Numbered from the stretch's first letter, positions 13,650-25,960 are shown. The stretch is 64,000 bases of DNA from Moniliella sp. 'wahieum' (GCA_003971905.1 RSEE01000005.1:1054001-1118000); one strand, 5' to 3'. Notes: a model not told the origin generated them from the sequence alone. Translations and numbers: made by a program.

Positions 13650-14620
13650 CCCTGTTATACCTGGAGTATAAAGGTCCCTTTTCCAAGTTAGAGTATCGAC
13701 TCCAAGTAATGATAATAGACTACTAAACATTAGCTGCTCTGATCCTCCATTGAACACATACAGTGGTTAACGCGTCCCGACCAATGGACGAAATCATCAG
13801 ATATTCGACATGCCTCTTGTCTTCCCTAAATTTTCCTTTACGGATGCAACCCTGTGCGACCTCTCCGTTAGGGGGTGATCCAGTATATATCTACGGACAT
13901 GGTAGAGGACCGCGGCTGCATTTTGCAGATGACCTGATCCCATCGAAACAAAGATCAGTCTTCTCATTACATTCGTAAGTATGTCCATGGGCAACTTTAC
14001 CTTCCATGCTGCGGGTATCCTCGGCAGCAGGACCGCATATGGGCCCCCAGCGCTACACGATGACCCGTATACCCCCTCCATTGTACGCTCCGCGTCTTTT
14101 GACGAATCCTTTGATGCACCGAATGCGCGGCGCTTAGCGTCCTTGAAAGTACGAGACCTGTGTGCCTTAGTGTCTTGATCTCTCTGTAAAGCTCCTATTA
14201 GCTTATTCCGCTGATACATGTTTTGACCTCTACGGTATATACAGCCGCAATATTGTAGGATACGTTCGCTCCTGGTATACTGTGTTCGACCAACTCTGAT
14301 CAATGCCCTCGGTCTCTCGTCCACCACCTTCTTCCTTCACCCTATACCGACTTATCCACGCTATACTTCCGCTTACTACAAGTTTATACCAGTCGCTCTC
14401 TCTTCCGCCTCTACACTCGCTCGGTTCGGCCAGGAGTTGGAGCCGGACATACCGCGGATTAGTCATGCGAGGGTTTATTATATCCTCTCTATGTATACAC
14501 TTCAGGGAAAGCCCCACCTCGGGGTCCGCTCCAAGACACTCCTTCGCAAGGTGATACCACCTGACACTCCTTTGCAATGTGTTCCACCACCTCTATCTTC
14601 TTTTGCTTCTACACTGTGCA
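13650..14620 (-). mobile_element. Highly degenerate Ty3/gypsy (chromovirus-like) pol relic: integrase plus chromodomain remnants
   Basis: Collinear degenerate motifs in shifting frames: EHIAKECQ (Zn-binding), RWGFP*SV (core), ERTYPTILRLY, GPYAVL..AAWKVKLP (GPY/F), YHVRRYILDH and EYL../VHWSG (chromodomain). Many stops; TpA-rich. Confidence 0.55.
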
Positions 14621-14720
14621 CTGGTACTACTCGCTCGACTTATACTATTGCATGCCCTCTCCACCTGCCTTCTTGTTCTAAAAGAACGTGACGGGTCATC
14701 ATGCAGATCGGTGCGGCCTC

Positions 14721-15231
14721 TGTGACGTCGTAATTTATAGGTCGCAATCATTAATTGATCACTAATCATTAATCATTGATCATTCTCCTCGTCCCTTCAA
14801 GACTCAAGCTTCATTCTCTCTCAGTTGACCAGTTGCCACCTTTTGCCACCTCTCCACATTTTTTTGTCGGCCCCAAACTCCAGTCAGTCACAACCATCAT
14901 GTTCCCATCAGTAATAAGGTCACACACTTCAGTGCTTCATGTGCGTCTCATGCGGAGCCAGTCACCGGGAGACCATAATAGAGATTGGCCTATTCCCGCT
15001 TGGGATATACTCGGTGTCACTCTTTGGCCTTTGGCCTCGGCCTCATGGGCCCATGGCCCCATGGCCCATGGCCTCACATATGTACCTCACATGCTCACAT
15101 CAGGCATCAGGCCGATGTCTCTGGAAGGCCATATTAAATCCTTGTGTGTATTGAATATTGACCTCGGCCTCGCGGTCACCAAGACAGGGGATGTCACTTG
15201 GTGACATGTGACAAGTCTTCTAATCGTCACA
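14721..15231. mobile_element. Candidate LTR (511 bp) adjacent to the gypsy relic
   Basis: Inverted termini TGTGACG...CGTCACA; internal short repeats (TAATCAT-like, CATGGCC-like); no matching target-site duplication. Confidence 0.35.
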
Positions 15232-16140
15232 ACACATACGTCTTTCAGCCGCATAGTACTCATTGATCGAAGAAGGAAGTCTCTCTTCTAGATCGAACCC
15301 CACACCTCATCTCTCGGATTAATGATTATGAAAATGCGTAATGGTTAATGGATACGGGAAAATATGATGGTTAGTGTTGCTCTCTGTTCAGTGAGAGTAT
15401 TATCGAGATTTCGTTTTGATGCATGCCTCGAGACGAGTATGCACCTGGTGTCCATCCTCTATGGACGGTCCCCGGCCAGAAGACGACCGTCTGGGTCGCC
15501 ACGATGCTCGCACAGTACTTGAAAGGAGCGCCAGAGAGCGCTTAAAGCAGGGCTAAGCGCGAAGCGATTCAAAAAAGATTAGCATCGTAGAGAAAAGCGG
15601 GCAAAGCTGTGGCGGCCTCACCGGTCTCACCGGTGAACGATGGTCGATGGCTGTCGCGATGTCATATCGATCTTCGTTCGATCTTCGATCAATTAACGCG
15701 CCTACGAGCAGGAGAACGTGCATCCGTGGAGGGTGTCCGATGATCGATGCTCGATGATCACTCTACTGACCAGTGACTGGGGGGCGGTGTTTGAGACGCT
15801 TGACGTCACGGAAATGATGTCACACACGCCCTTTGGCCAGGCCATGCAAGCCATGGGAGGCCACTCACGACGATATGAGGCAGGCATAGGAAGGCGCGGG
15901 GCACATCTACATTTCAAAAAGCTGCACTGCTTGCACAGGAGATACGGTCCTGAACGTCCGTGCACGCCGAAATATCTCGGCACGGTGGCAGTGTTACGTT
16001 GAGGCCGATGTCGAAGTCCTTCGCACAAGCCGCTTCGCGATCGGGTCTTAAACCGGGATATTCGCACCGGGTTTCCTCTTCTCCCCCCCCCCGCAACTCC
16101 CTACCTCTCCCCTTCACGCCCTCCCTTTCCCACGCCCAAC

Positions 16141-17275
16141 ATGACCCTCACCTATGAGAACCCAGTTATCGACATTGACTGGCCTGACCCAGGCGTCTTC
16201 TACGACGAAAACACCAAGAAATACTACAGCTACGCGACCAATGGTGCTGGCAAGAATCTGCAGGTCAGCGAGTCGCCTGACATGATGTCCTGGCACATTC
16301 TGCCAGACGATGCGCTTCCTGCCCCTTTCCCAGAGTGGACGGGCAAGCCTGGTTTCTTCTGGGCACCTGATGTTGTGAAGGCCCCCGCTGGGCGCCCCGG
16401 GTACCTCATGTACCTCGCCTGCCATGACAACTCGACGGATAAAATGTGCATTGGTGTCGCCTACTCCAAGGATTCTCCCGTTGGTCCTTTCCACTTTGTC
16501 TCCAATGGCCCCATCTGCAGCTACGTACGTTCCAGCTCATTATTGTACTTCTTTCGGCCTCTGACATGCATGACGACAGGGCGAGACTGGCGGTACCATT
16601 GATCCTTGCTGCTTTGAAGACCCACAATCAGGAAAGCGGTTCCTTCTGTTCAAGAACAGAACGACTTTAAGCACATGCGCGGCTGGCCCTCAGATTTGGA
16701 TCCAGGAGTTGGCGGACGACGGGATCAGCTTTGCCGGTGAACGGCACGGGATCTTGGAGGCGCAAGAGGATTGGACTACGGGCCTGATTGAGGCGCCTCA
16801 TATGATCTACCACGAACCTACGAAAACCTATGTGTGCTTCTTCTCGGGGTACGTTCACTGAGAACGACTACAAGATTGGTTATGCCACATCCAAGAACGT
16901 TTACGGTCCCTATACCCAGTCCAAGAAGCCTTTCCTTGAGACAGACTTTGGCCGTGGTATCGTCGGCCCGGGGGGGAATGTGCCCTGAAGGCTGCCGATG
17001 GCAACTACTACCTTGTCTTCCACTCGCACAAGACGCTCGATTGCCAGGGCGGCCGCTGCATGTCGATTCAGCGACTTGAGTTTGACAACAAAGGCCATCC
17101 GGTCTTCCCTACTCATCCCGTGTACCACCGTCGCTTGCGCCTCGGCCAAGAGGCCGAGGATGGGATGGGCGATGAAGAGGCTGAAAAGTGTGCCGAGGCC
17201 AGTGGCCATGGCAAGCCTAAGCACCCCCATGCTAAAGCCTTCCTGAAGAAGGCCTTCGATGTTTTGACGTCCTAA
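16141..17275 (+). CDS. Glycoside hydrolase family 43 (arabinanase/xylosidase-like), no signal peptide
   Basis: NPVIDIDWPDP, FWAPDV, TIDP, LIEAP, GPGG motifs; intron 16525-16579. Confidence 0.88.
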
Positions 17276-17586
17276 TATTGGATAGTAACTCTCCCTCTCC
17301 CCGATTTTCAATACATGTTGCTCATCGTGCAAGAATTGGGGGGGATGCCATGAGATATAATGATGCACAACGGGAGAACGATATGCGTTTTTAGGGCAAA
17401 AGGGTCACGGTCATAATGTGGGCGATGACTAGTGACTGGAGATGAAAATAAATAAGCCTGCAAATAAGCCTGCTTGGGTGGTACTGGTATGACACGAGGG
17501 CGATGGCCAGACCCGGAGTGACTTTGCTGGCTGACAACACTGCAACCACGAAAATCGGTAATGCCGTCCAAAAGGGAAAAAGAAAA

Positions 17587-17685
17587 TCTCCCCTCTGGGA
17601 GTCGAACCCAGGACATTCAGAGCGGACGGTCCGTCCAAGCTTGACCACTTACAATCTGACGCTCTTCCAACTGAGCTAAGGAGAG
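17587..17685 (-). tRNA. tRNA-Tyr(GTA) with 26-nt intron
   Basis: Acceptor CTCTCCT/AGGGGAG, D arm GCTC..GAGC, anticodon arm TCAGA-TT-GTA-A[intron]C-TCTGA, T arm CTGGG-TTCGACT-CCCAG, followed by oligo-T terminator. Confidence 0.95.
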
Positions 17686-18501
17686 GATTAACGTTACGAT
17701 CGGACTAAAGTGGTGGCCCGGATTCAATGAGTCTGCCTCAGTCCACGTGACTAGCGACTGGAGAAATGCGCGCTTGGCGCATAGCAGGGTATCTGCACTC
17801 GTGCACTTTTTGGCCGGAGATGGACGGAATACGCTCGTTACAAGCATTACGGCGCTTGAGCGCCCGAGCTGAGAGGCGTGATGCAGCGATGACGTATGCC
17901 ACGTTTGATTACACCAGCTGTTACGCGTTACGCGTTACGAGTCGCAGCAGAGGGTTCCCAGGAGGCGCCTGTCCCAAGGGTGGACGATCGGGTGTGAAAT
18001 GTGAAGTTGAACTGGAGCGAGGGTTGGGGGCTGGGGCTGCTGATGTAATGGTTGGATTTCATCTATCCTGACCCCCCTGTACAATTCAAATGGTCGGGTG
18101 GGTGTAGCGGTGCGTGGGTTCGGGGGCGGTGGGCACAGGGCGAGTGGGGGGTGGCGGTGGCCGGGTGACCGGGTGATGGGGTGAGCAGCGTGACAGGGGG
18201 CATGTGGCGTGTGCCAGGCGACCGGTGACGAGGAGGCGGTGTGCTGCTGCTGGGACAGACGTCTGGTCAGCCAGTGGGACCAGAGGTCAGCTGACCAGCC
18301 AGCCCAGCCAGCGCCGCTCAGCTGGTCAGACGTGCTGATCCTACTCAGACCACGGGCGTGGAGCGAAGCCTAGCCGCCAGTATATAGTTCCACCCTTGGC
18401 ACTCCCACGCGCCACCGCTCCCCCTTTTGCCCTCTTCGGCCCCCTCCCTCCCTCTGCCACCCGCATCCCCTCCATCCCCTTCTCTCTCCGCGCCTCCAAC
18501 C

Positions 18502-19831
18502 ATGGCGTCTGTCGCTTCTCCCCCCCCCTGCCCACGCCCCTCCAGCTTCTTCCCCGTCCTCCCATTGGCACCTGAGCCGAGCCCAGCGCGACATCCTTGC
18601 CGGCTCAGCAGGCGGACTGGTGAGCAAGGCGTGCGAGTACCCACTGGACCTGGTCAAGACTCGCTTACAGACCCAGGCCTCCTTCTTTTCACCCCCCCCT
18701 GCACCCATCACTGCCCCACCTGTGCCTCCCGCCGCGGCGTCCGTTGGAGCATCCCTCAAGCCCACCAGCCTCACCACTCCTCAGTCCACTTCTCTTGGTC
18801 GTCCATTTTGCACTGCTGCCAAGGGTGCTCCGCCCATGAGGGTGGCGGCACAGTATAACGGCGCAATTGACTGCTTCTTTCAAACGGTGCGGGATGAGGG
18901 CGTACGTGGACTGTACCGTGGCCTTTCCATGCCCCTTTCAGGGGCGATCGCGGAGAACGCATCGCTGTTCTTGACTTACAATGCCGTCACCCAGGCACTC
19001 GCCCCGAGCCTCGCCCGTCCCGATGGCAGCACCTCCTCTGTCCAAGCCGCTCTGGCGGGCGGGGCCGCTGGTGCCGCCGTCTCGCTTTTCCTCACCCGGT
19101 CGAGCTGGTCAAGTGCCGACTGCAAGTGCAGCGAGCTGCTGCTCGCGTAGCTATCGCCCGGGGCGCAATACCAGCTCAGACCAAGCTGCCTGGGCCGCTG
19201 CAACTTTTCCCTTCCATTGTGCGCAAGGAGGGTGTACGTGGTTTGTGGCTTGGATGGTCGGCCACCCTTGGTCGGGAGGCTATTGGCGATGCCGCCTGGT
19301 TCTTGGCTTTTGATGTTGTGACTCGCTGGATGTGTCTGCGGAAGGAACAAGGGCTATCCCCTTTCTTTTCGATGGCCAACATGATGGGTGTCCGTGGCCC
19401 TGCGCCCCCAGCAGGAACAAAGTACACGCGCCGTGACTTGAGTGCCACGGACATTGCTGCTGCCGGTGGGGTATCGGGCGTTACATACATTCTCATTTCC
19501 TACCCAGCAGATTGTGTAAAAGCGAATGTCCAGACGGCGCAAGCTGTGATCAAACCTCGCCCCCCAACTGCGGTCGCAACTTCCTCCAGTACATCCGTCC
19601 TGACTCACCCTCGTTCTTCGCCACCGCGCAGTCAATGTATCGTTCCCAGGGCATTCGTGCCTTCACTCGCGGTCTCGGCCTCACTGCCTGTCGCAGCGCC
19701 GCCAGCAGTTCTCTGATCTTGTACGTCCCACCCGCTCCCACGCAATTGCTTCTACTGACGTGGCCTTCTGGTTCTCCTCTCTCAGTTTGGTCTACCATCA
19801 AATCCAGCTGATGTTTGACCACCTTGCATGA
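18502..19831 (+). CDS. Mitochondrial carrier (SLC25), ornithine/amino-acid carrier-like
   Basis: Three PX[DE]XXK signatures (YPLDLVKTRLQ, ELVKCRLQ, YPADCVK), GLYRG; intron 19721-19785. Confidence 0.88.
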
Positions 19832-20313
19832 CATTTTGCTGTCGGTAGATGTCTTCTGTGATCGAATACTTTGGCCGACTCTCCGGATTGTCCCATATGC
19901 CACCGTGGTACTGTCCACACCGGCGTTGGCACCCGCATCCCACTTACTTCAGCCCACATTCGTTTCTTCCCCTTCCTCATATTTGCCCCGTGCTGTGCCC
20001 GCCCTTCACCACCATCGCCGATACCTCATATGTTGTGTGTAATGGATCTGCCTTTGCCGTCCCTCACAATTCTTTCGTCTTATTGCAGTTGTCGCTCGCC
20101 AAAAAGGCACCGTGCCCTTGATTCAAATACCTATCGCATACGCAAAGCATATAGACAGGAGCAGCTGAAAGGCGGCCCGCACCAGACTTGATCAGCTATA
20201 ACGTTTGTTGCAGTTCACACCCACCAAAGCTGAGGTTCAATGGTGTAGAGGTGTTGCCCTCCCCGCCTCTATCGTCTTGTTCCGGCAGGGACTGTACTAC
20301 TGCCGTGAAACAG

Positions 20314-21067
20314 ATGCCTCAGCCGAAAGGTCCCAGACCACACCTAAAAACGTCCTCTGCCAAGTAGCCCTCGAACCACAGGCGCAAACACCGCCGCTGC
20401 AGACAGTGGTAGCCCTTCCCAGAGCTCGGACTCATCGCGTTTACGTGGCTCCACTTCCATTCCCGCTTCTCAACGAGGCTCCCAGGCATCAACAAGGGAT
20501 CAGGACAAGGTGTGGCGGAGGAGGCGGAGGTCAAGTCCCGCCTCGACTAAGGAAAGAAAGAGACTACTAATATCCTGCGTACACCACCCCCCATGCCATC
20601 GCACATCCAAAATCCACCTGGGGGACTGGCCGGGCTCAATACGAGTCGCCAGATAGGGCTCCAGTTCGGTGAGCTCATCCCCTCTCCGGACCACGTGCAG
20701 CGCGTTCACCGGCCCGCCGGCATGTCTACATCTTCTGCCATCCGCTCCCGTTTGCGCAAGGAGCATGACCAACCCGAAACGATTGTGATTGAGCGACGGA
20801 AAACGACATGGGATCAGGGCATGCGCTCGGTCCAGCGCGTCTTCTTGTTCCCCTTCCGCCCCTTTTGTGTTGGTTTGGCGCAAACTGTTTGGCAAGGGCA
20901 GCGAGGGGGGACGCTCCATTCGCATGGCCGGGGCAGCTTTGTCAGCTGAGGAGCGTCTTGCCATTGCCGGCGGCCAAGCTAGTACAATTTCCCTCTCTCG
21001 TTTACCCCTGAGTCTCCATCCCACCACATCTCATTACACAAACCCCAGAGCAATCTACTCAGGATAG
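20314..21067 (+). CDS. Possible hypothetical protein (fragmented)
   Basis: Overlapping + ORFs 20593-20949 and 20789-21067 join plausibly across one indel; no recognisable motif; start uncertain. Confidence 0.25.
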
Positions 21068-21645
21068 TGTGATGCTGTTGTACTATTTTTTTCTCTGGCT
21101 GACATTTGGGTGTCCGATTACCTCCAGGCCACCATCCCCCTAACCGAGTTCAAGCAGCGCATTGTCCAACGGAAGCTGGCCATAATCAAGCAATGATACA
21201 ACAGCCTGACCGAAGCATTTGGTGCATCCTCAGCAGATACCACGAACACTGGTTCGAGCGAGATGGGTTCTCCGCATGCAACCATGGTCGACACGGCTTC
21301 TGTTTCGTTAACGCACCAGGTCCAATTTCTGTCGTGTCACTCGTTTGTGGTGCAAAAACTGTTTCACAGTTCTACTGCATCCCTTTCGTTACTTGTCAAG
21401 GGAGATCCAAACGAGGTTCTATCAACATCACAATCATGCTATGGAAGAGATGTCGCTAGATGACATGTTTTCAGTACGCCCGAATGCGCAAGGATGGAGA
21501 GGAAGCGGGGGGAACTTGATCCCAGTGACTCCCGACGGCAGACACTAGATTCAAGGATGGAGAGGGTAATGCAAACGTTGCTGGACCACCCCAAAGATGA
21601 AGCAGTGGCAACGAAGGCAGGGAGTAAAAAGACTCGGGGAGTCGC

Positions 21646-22288
21646 TTACTTGCCCTGGGGCGCCTCCTTGAACGCAAGGGCAGTCTCCTCACCCATGGCC
21701 GAGACAATGGTGACCATAAGGTCCTTGCCATCGTCGAAGTCAGCCTGCATCTGGTCGCCCAGCTCGCCCTCAGGCACACGGACATCGTCCTTCGAGTCAC
21801 CGTCGGGGGTGAGCAGGTTGAGGTAGCCATCGTCAATGTTGACCAGCTGGTACTCAGTACGCGTCACGTTGGGCACCTCCATGTTGTGCGTCGAGGGCGA
21901 GATGTCCTCGAGCTTCTTGCCGGTGAAAATGTCGACGGCGACAAGGTGCACCTTGGCGTGACCGTGCTTGCCTGTCTTGGAGGTCGACATGTCGACAATC
22001 TTGCAGGGACGGCCCTTGATCACCACGTGCCCGTTCTTGCGCAGCGCCGAGCACTGCATCGGGTAGGTGAGGGAGGCGCCGGCGTTGGCGGACTCGAACT
22101 CGACGTTGTGCTTCTCGTCGTCAGACTGGTGAGGAAGAGAGTGTCAGTCCATTTGTGCCCCACAACCAAGCAAGTTGCCCATCCCATATCAGACAAGAAC
22201 AGTATTCCCGCCATCCACGAAGCAGCGGGGGTACACGCATCCCGCGCCAATGGGGAGAAGCCACAAACAGGGCAGGAGTACGCACCAT
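21646..22288 (-). CDS. HYP2: Translation factor eIF5A
   Basis: Hypusine motif [15 protein letters not shown]-only first exon, intron 22126-22285. Confidence 0.98.
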
Positions 22289-24065
22289 GATGGTAAGATG
22301 GGGTAGAGGTGGTGGTGGAGAAAGAAGGCGAAGTCTGCGAAAAAAAAAAGTTCATCCCGTTTCTCAGGCCCGGCACGAGACCGCTGCTGCAAACACTATC
22401 GCCCCACTCCGCACGGGGGCAGTGCTCTGTCCAACCCTACGACATATTCCCCGCAACAATGTGTTGGCCAGTGGGAACATTGCAAAAAAATGCATGTGAT
22501 GTGCGCTTGGCCATTCCGCCTTGGTTCCGCTGTGGCCTCCACATGGCCAGGATGCTCAATTGGGGGTGAGCATGATGTTCTCGCGGGTAATACTATCAAG
22601 GGGACAATGCGTTGTATACGCCCATGTCGTCCACATCTTTTCGACAAGGAGAGTAGCAGGGCTACCATACCTTAAACAGGGTCGCACCTTCGTCGTGCGG
22701 GGAGCAGACGTGCAGCAATTGCCCAGAGGGTACGATGGTACGATGCATGAGGTGGAACAGAGCACAAGTAGAGAGAGAGAAAAATTCGCTTGCCGTATAT
22801 ATATGTGTGCCTCTATCAATTGGTTTCACAGCCGATCTCATCAAGAGCATGTTCACCGTAGATGCCCGAAAGCTGACCGCACGCGAGAAATGTATTGGAA
22901 CACACCTAATTATCGACAACCCCATCAGCCACGTTCCCTCCGTCAACTCCTCTTTGGCTCGTCCTTTGCATCCCTGCAAAGTAACAATGACCATGGGCAT
23001 AATAGGGAGCATTGCTTGTCACTCATCGCTGCCTCAGTTTACGGTGCCACTGAGTTGGCTCTCCATCCCAGCATTTTGTTACTGTTCGTTGCCCTCCTCG
23101 ATCGCGTCTCTTGTGCCTAATTCGGCACTTGCTATCCTCCATCACTATTCAGCCATACTATTATAGGGCCATCGCCCCCACCATAACACCGTTTTTCTAC
23201 AACCCAACGGAGTGAAGGCTGCATAACTCCGTGACGCTTCAGGCGGTAATTACTCATTTTGTGGGCGAACTCCGATCAACAATGGGGCACAGGAAGCCAG
23301 GGCCTAGTTAACGTCCCCTTTCTGGGGCTGTTGCGAAGTACGCCCAATCTGGAAAGCGTTCTTACTCTCAGTCTGAGCGCATATCCATATGGAGAGATCG
23401 TCGGCTGTTCTTACCCAGTGTCTGTCCAGGAAGGTTCTGTGGCAAAAGACATGTTATCTACAGGTGCCCACGCCACAGCCACACTACGGCCACACTCCCC
23501 TCTCTTCCTTCCGCTATCCATAGAATGGTGTAGTGTATAGATGCCATATCAAAAGCATGCCATTCAGTTGCATAGGAGAAGAGTTCCATCACTCACTCTA
23601 TAGGGAGTCTATCAGAGGACAGTGTGGAACTCATCCCAGCTCCACTTCTCTCACTACCCGTCCCGAAAAGGAAGCCAATGAATAGGCTTTCACAATGCTG
23701 CCCAAACAACTAGTTCAACCGTGTTCAATCCTTCCCCTCTCTAGGGTGTATATTCTAGCTGAGGTCGTAACAGAGATGGCGGCTTTGCTCAATGTGTGCG
23801 TGAGCAACACAAGGAGATGAGCGCCAAGGACACTCTTCTTTTCTACCGCCTTCCGTCAAGTTCTGCAAAAAAAGAAACCGATGTAAGATGATCCCGGTCC
23901 GGTATAGCCCACGACCCACCCTGTCCAGCCAATGTGGCGCAAAGAGACAGTGACTCGAAGCCTGTTTGGTCTACAGAGAACGTACTTACGGAACTAGCGA
24001 ATCTACTGTACAGAAGTATGCAGTTTTGAAGGTTGGGCAAAACCTAGACTCTTGGTCCACTTGGT

Positions 24066-25067
24066 CTATGAGGACAAAGTTGCGAGGGCGGGTGGGGCAT
24101 TAGCTCCGGCCAAAACGTGAATCAAACGAGAGGTGCGGGCCTTGATGACGGTATCCATCTCGTGCCTCAAGGCATCGGTAGCCTGGGCAGCCAGCTCAAG
24201 AGCAGAGGCAAGGCGATCGGCGTGCATCCTCGTCTCCAGTTCCAATAGTGCAATCCGTCCTTGCCGGGCGAGCATCCCAACGGTGATCAGGGGCAAAGCC
24301 ATTTCTTCGGCTTGGTTCAAATCCAATAGAAGTACGCCTCCTGCCGAGGTAGATGGGTCCCCGTCTTCTACTCCCGACCCGGTTGTTGCCTTGGACGCCT
24401 CGGGGCTAGGGACGACATGCGCCCCAGCATAGAGACCAACGGTAACCGCGACCAACGGTTCGAGCATGGCGATACCCGCATCCAAGAGGGCGAGCGAAAC
24501 TGCATTAACTGCGGCGGCCATGATGGAGCCATCAGCTTCGGTGATGGATACGTGGACGCTAATGACAGACCGGGAGTAAGTGCCGCAAGACGATCGGGGC
24601 AAATGCGCCTTCAATCGCAGCTGATAGGTTTCCCATTTGGCGGTCGCCCTTGGCCCGTTTCCTCCGTTCAGCGCCCGCCCAGGGTACCATCTCGCAGTCC
24701 ACAGCCAAGACAGCCGAGTCGTCTCGCGTCCCGCTTCCACTTCCGGATCCACCGGCTGCGCCAGAGGCGGCAGTCGCGCCCCCGGCTGCCGAACCGGTGG
24801 GTGCATCAGCCACTCTTTGCCTCGGACCGTAGACGGTGGCACTGACAGTGGTCAGTCCGTGAGATACTGTAGCAGACCCATCAGGTCGGGCGATGCTGGC
24901 CCCAGCCGAGTGGGAGCCAACGTGGAGTTGGAGTCCACGGAGCTCCAGAGGTTTGCGGCCGTCAGCACGGAGGTGACCTGACGAGAGCAGCTCAATTCGG
25001 GACTGATGGGGTTCAGGGGTCAGCCAAGCAAAGGGGGCAAGGAGGAGGCGGGCAGGCAGCATACCAT
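24066..25067 (-). CDS. RRP41: Exosome RNase PH-like subunit Rrp41
   Basis: MSRIELL..LRADGRKPLELR, VYGPR, EADGSIMAAAVNAVSLALLDAGIAM; ATG-only first exon, intron 25003-25064. Confidence 0.92.
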
Positions 25068-25198
25068 AAGGAGCAGCGCTGATGATGGTGTTGGTACTTG
25101 TCAGTGCAGCTTCAAACAGACTAGGCAAAAATGCCTACTAAAATGACCAGCGGAATAGGATGGCGGAATGAACTGCTCGTAGTCTCACGCCCACATGG

Positions 25199-25337
25199 AG
25201 CTTCAAGCTGCAGGCGTTCAACGTTCAACTTGAACTGAACGTTCAACAGGCTTCCACCTCTTCAACAGCTTCAACAGCTTCAGCGCTTCAGCGCTTCAGC
25301 TTCAGCTCTTCAACGTCTTCAACCTTGAGCTTGACTT
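25199..25337. repeat. Degenerate array of (C/G)TTCA(A/G) motifs in the RRP41/SRP21 divergent promoter
   Basis: More than 12 closely spaced TTCA/TGAA cores (GTTCAAC, CTTCAAC, CTTCAGC). Confidence 0.8.
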
Positions 25338-25453
25338 TAAGGCCAAAAGTCCATCGAGTCGGTAGGGCTTCACTCTTGTCAACGGGGAGCATAGCGCTCT
25401 GATAGCTCTAGTGCGGTCCGCCCCTGTTCCTATCGCCTGGATATGGTGCCACA

Positions 25454-25960
25454 ATGGTGCATATCAAGCATTGGCCCGAATACCAGGTAGCCACTGTAGA
25501 CCTGCTCGAAGTTTTTCTCCTGACAAGAAAGTGTGTTCCTCTGCCCCACCTCTCCCCGTTATGGACATTTTGCTCATGTCGGGTACTCCTAGGCCCTGCT
25601 GTCCTGCTACGTACAGACCAGGTTCGTGATCAAGCTTCGACCGAAAGATCAATGGCTTGTGCTCTTTCAAGGTTACCGACCTCACCTCCACTTTCAAGTC
25701 AAAGCTCGGTCCCAGGCTATCCTTAACCGTTTCGAAGCGTTGACCAGGGGTTTTCTTGCTGGCGCCGCGGGTGCCACCGCTGCAAGGCGGAACACCGTCA
25801 CACTGAGATGGTCCAAGGCCATTTGGCCCAGCTTGTAGCAAGTACACAGGCTACTTGTGGATCATCAGCCTTAGAGACAACCGTCAGTGGTGCCGAAGTA
25901 ACTCATCCATGTTGTGGTCGGGGGGGTTGCGAAGAAAAAAAGAAAAAGGGCAAGAAGTGA
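25454..25960 (+). CDS. SRP21: Signal recognition particle SRP9/SRP21 subunit
   Basis: MVHIKHWPEYQ.. then, after intron ~25531-25616, TRFVIKLRPKDQWLVL-KVTD..FK-KARSQAILNRFEAL; Lys-rich C-terminus. Confidence 0.85.

Noticed and set aside
14530..14585. HIAKEC/HLAKEC read as Gag zinc knuckles
   Set aside because: Upstream CxxC is missing, and the position before integrase-core-like motifs fits the integrase Zn region or a local duplication better.
17587..17685. Proximity of tRNA-Tyr to the copia element as meaningful linkage
   Set aside because: The primer acts in trans and the gene is about 28 kb from the element; co-occurrence is probably incidental.
25199..25337. CRISPR-like array
   Set aside because: Eukaryotic context; units are 6-9 bp without unique spacers.
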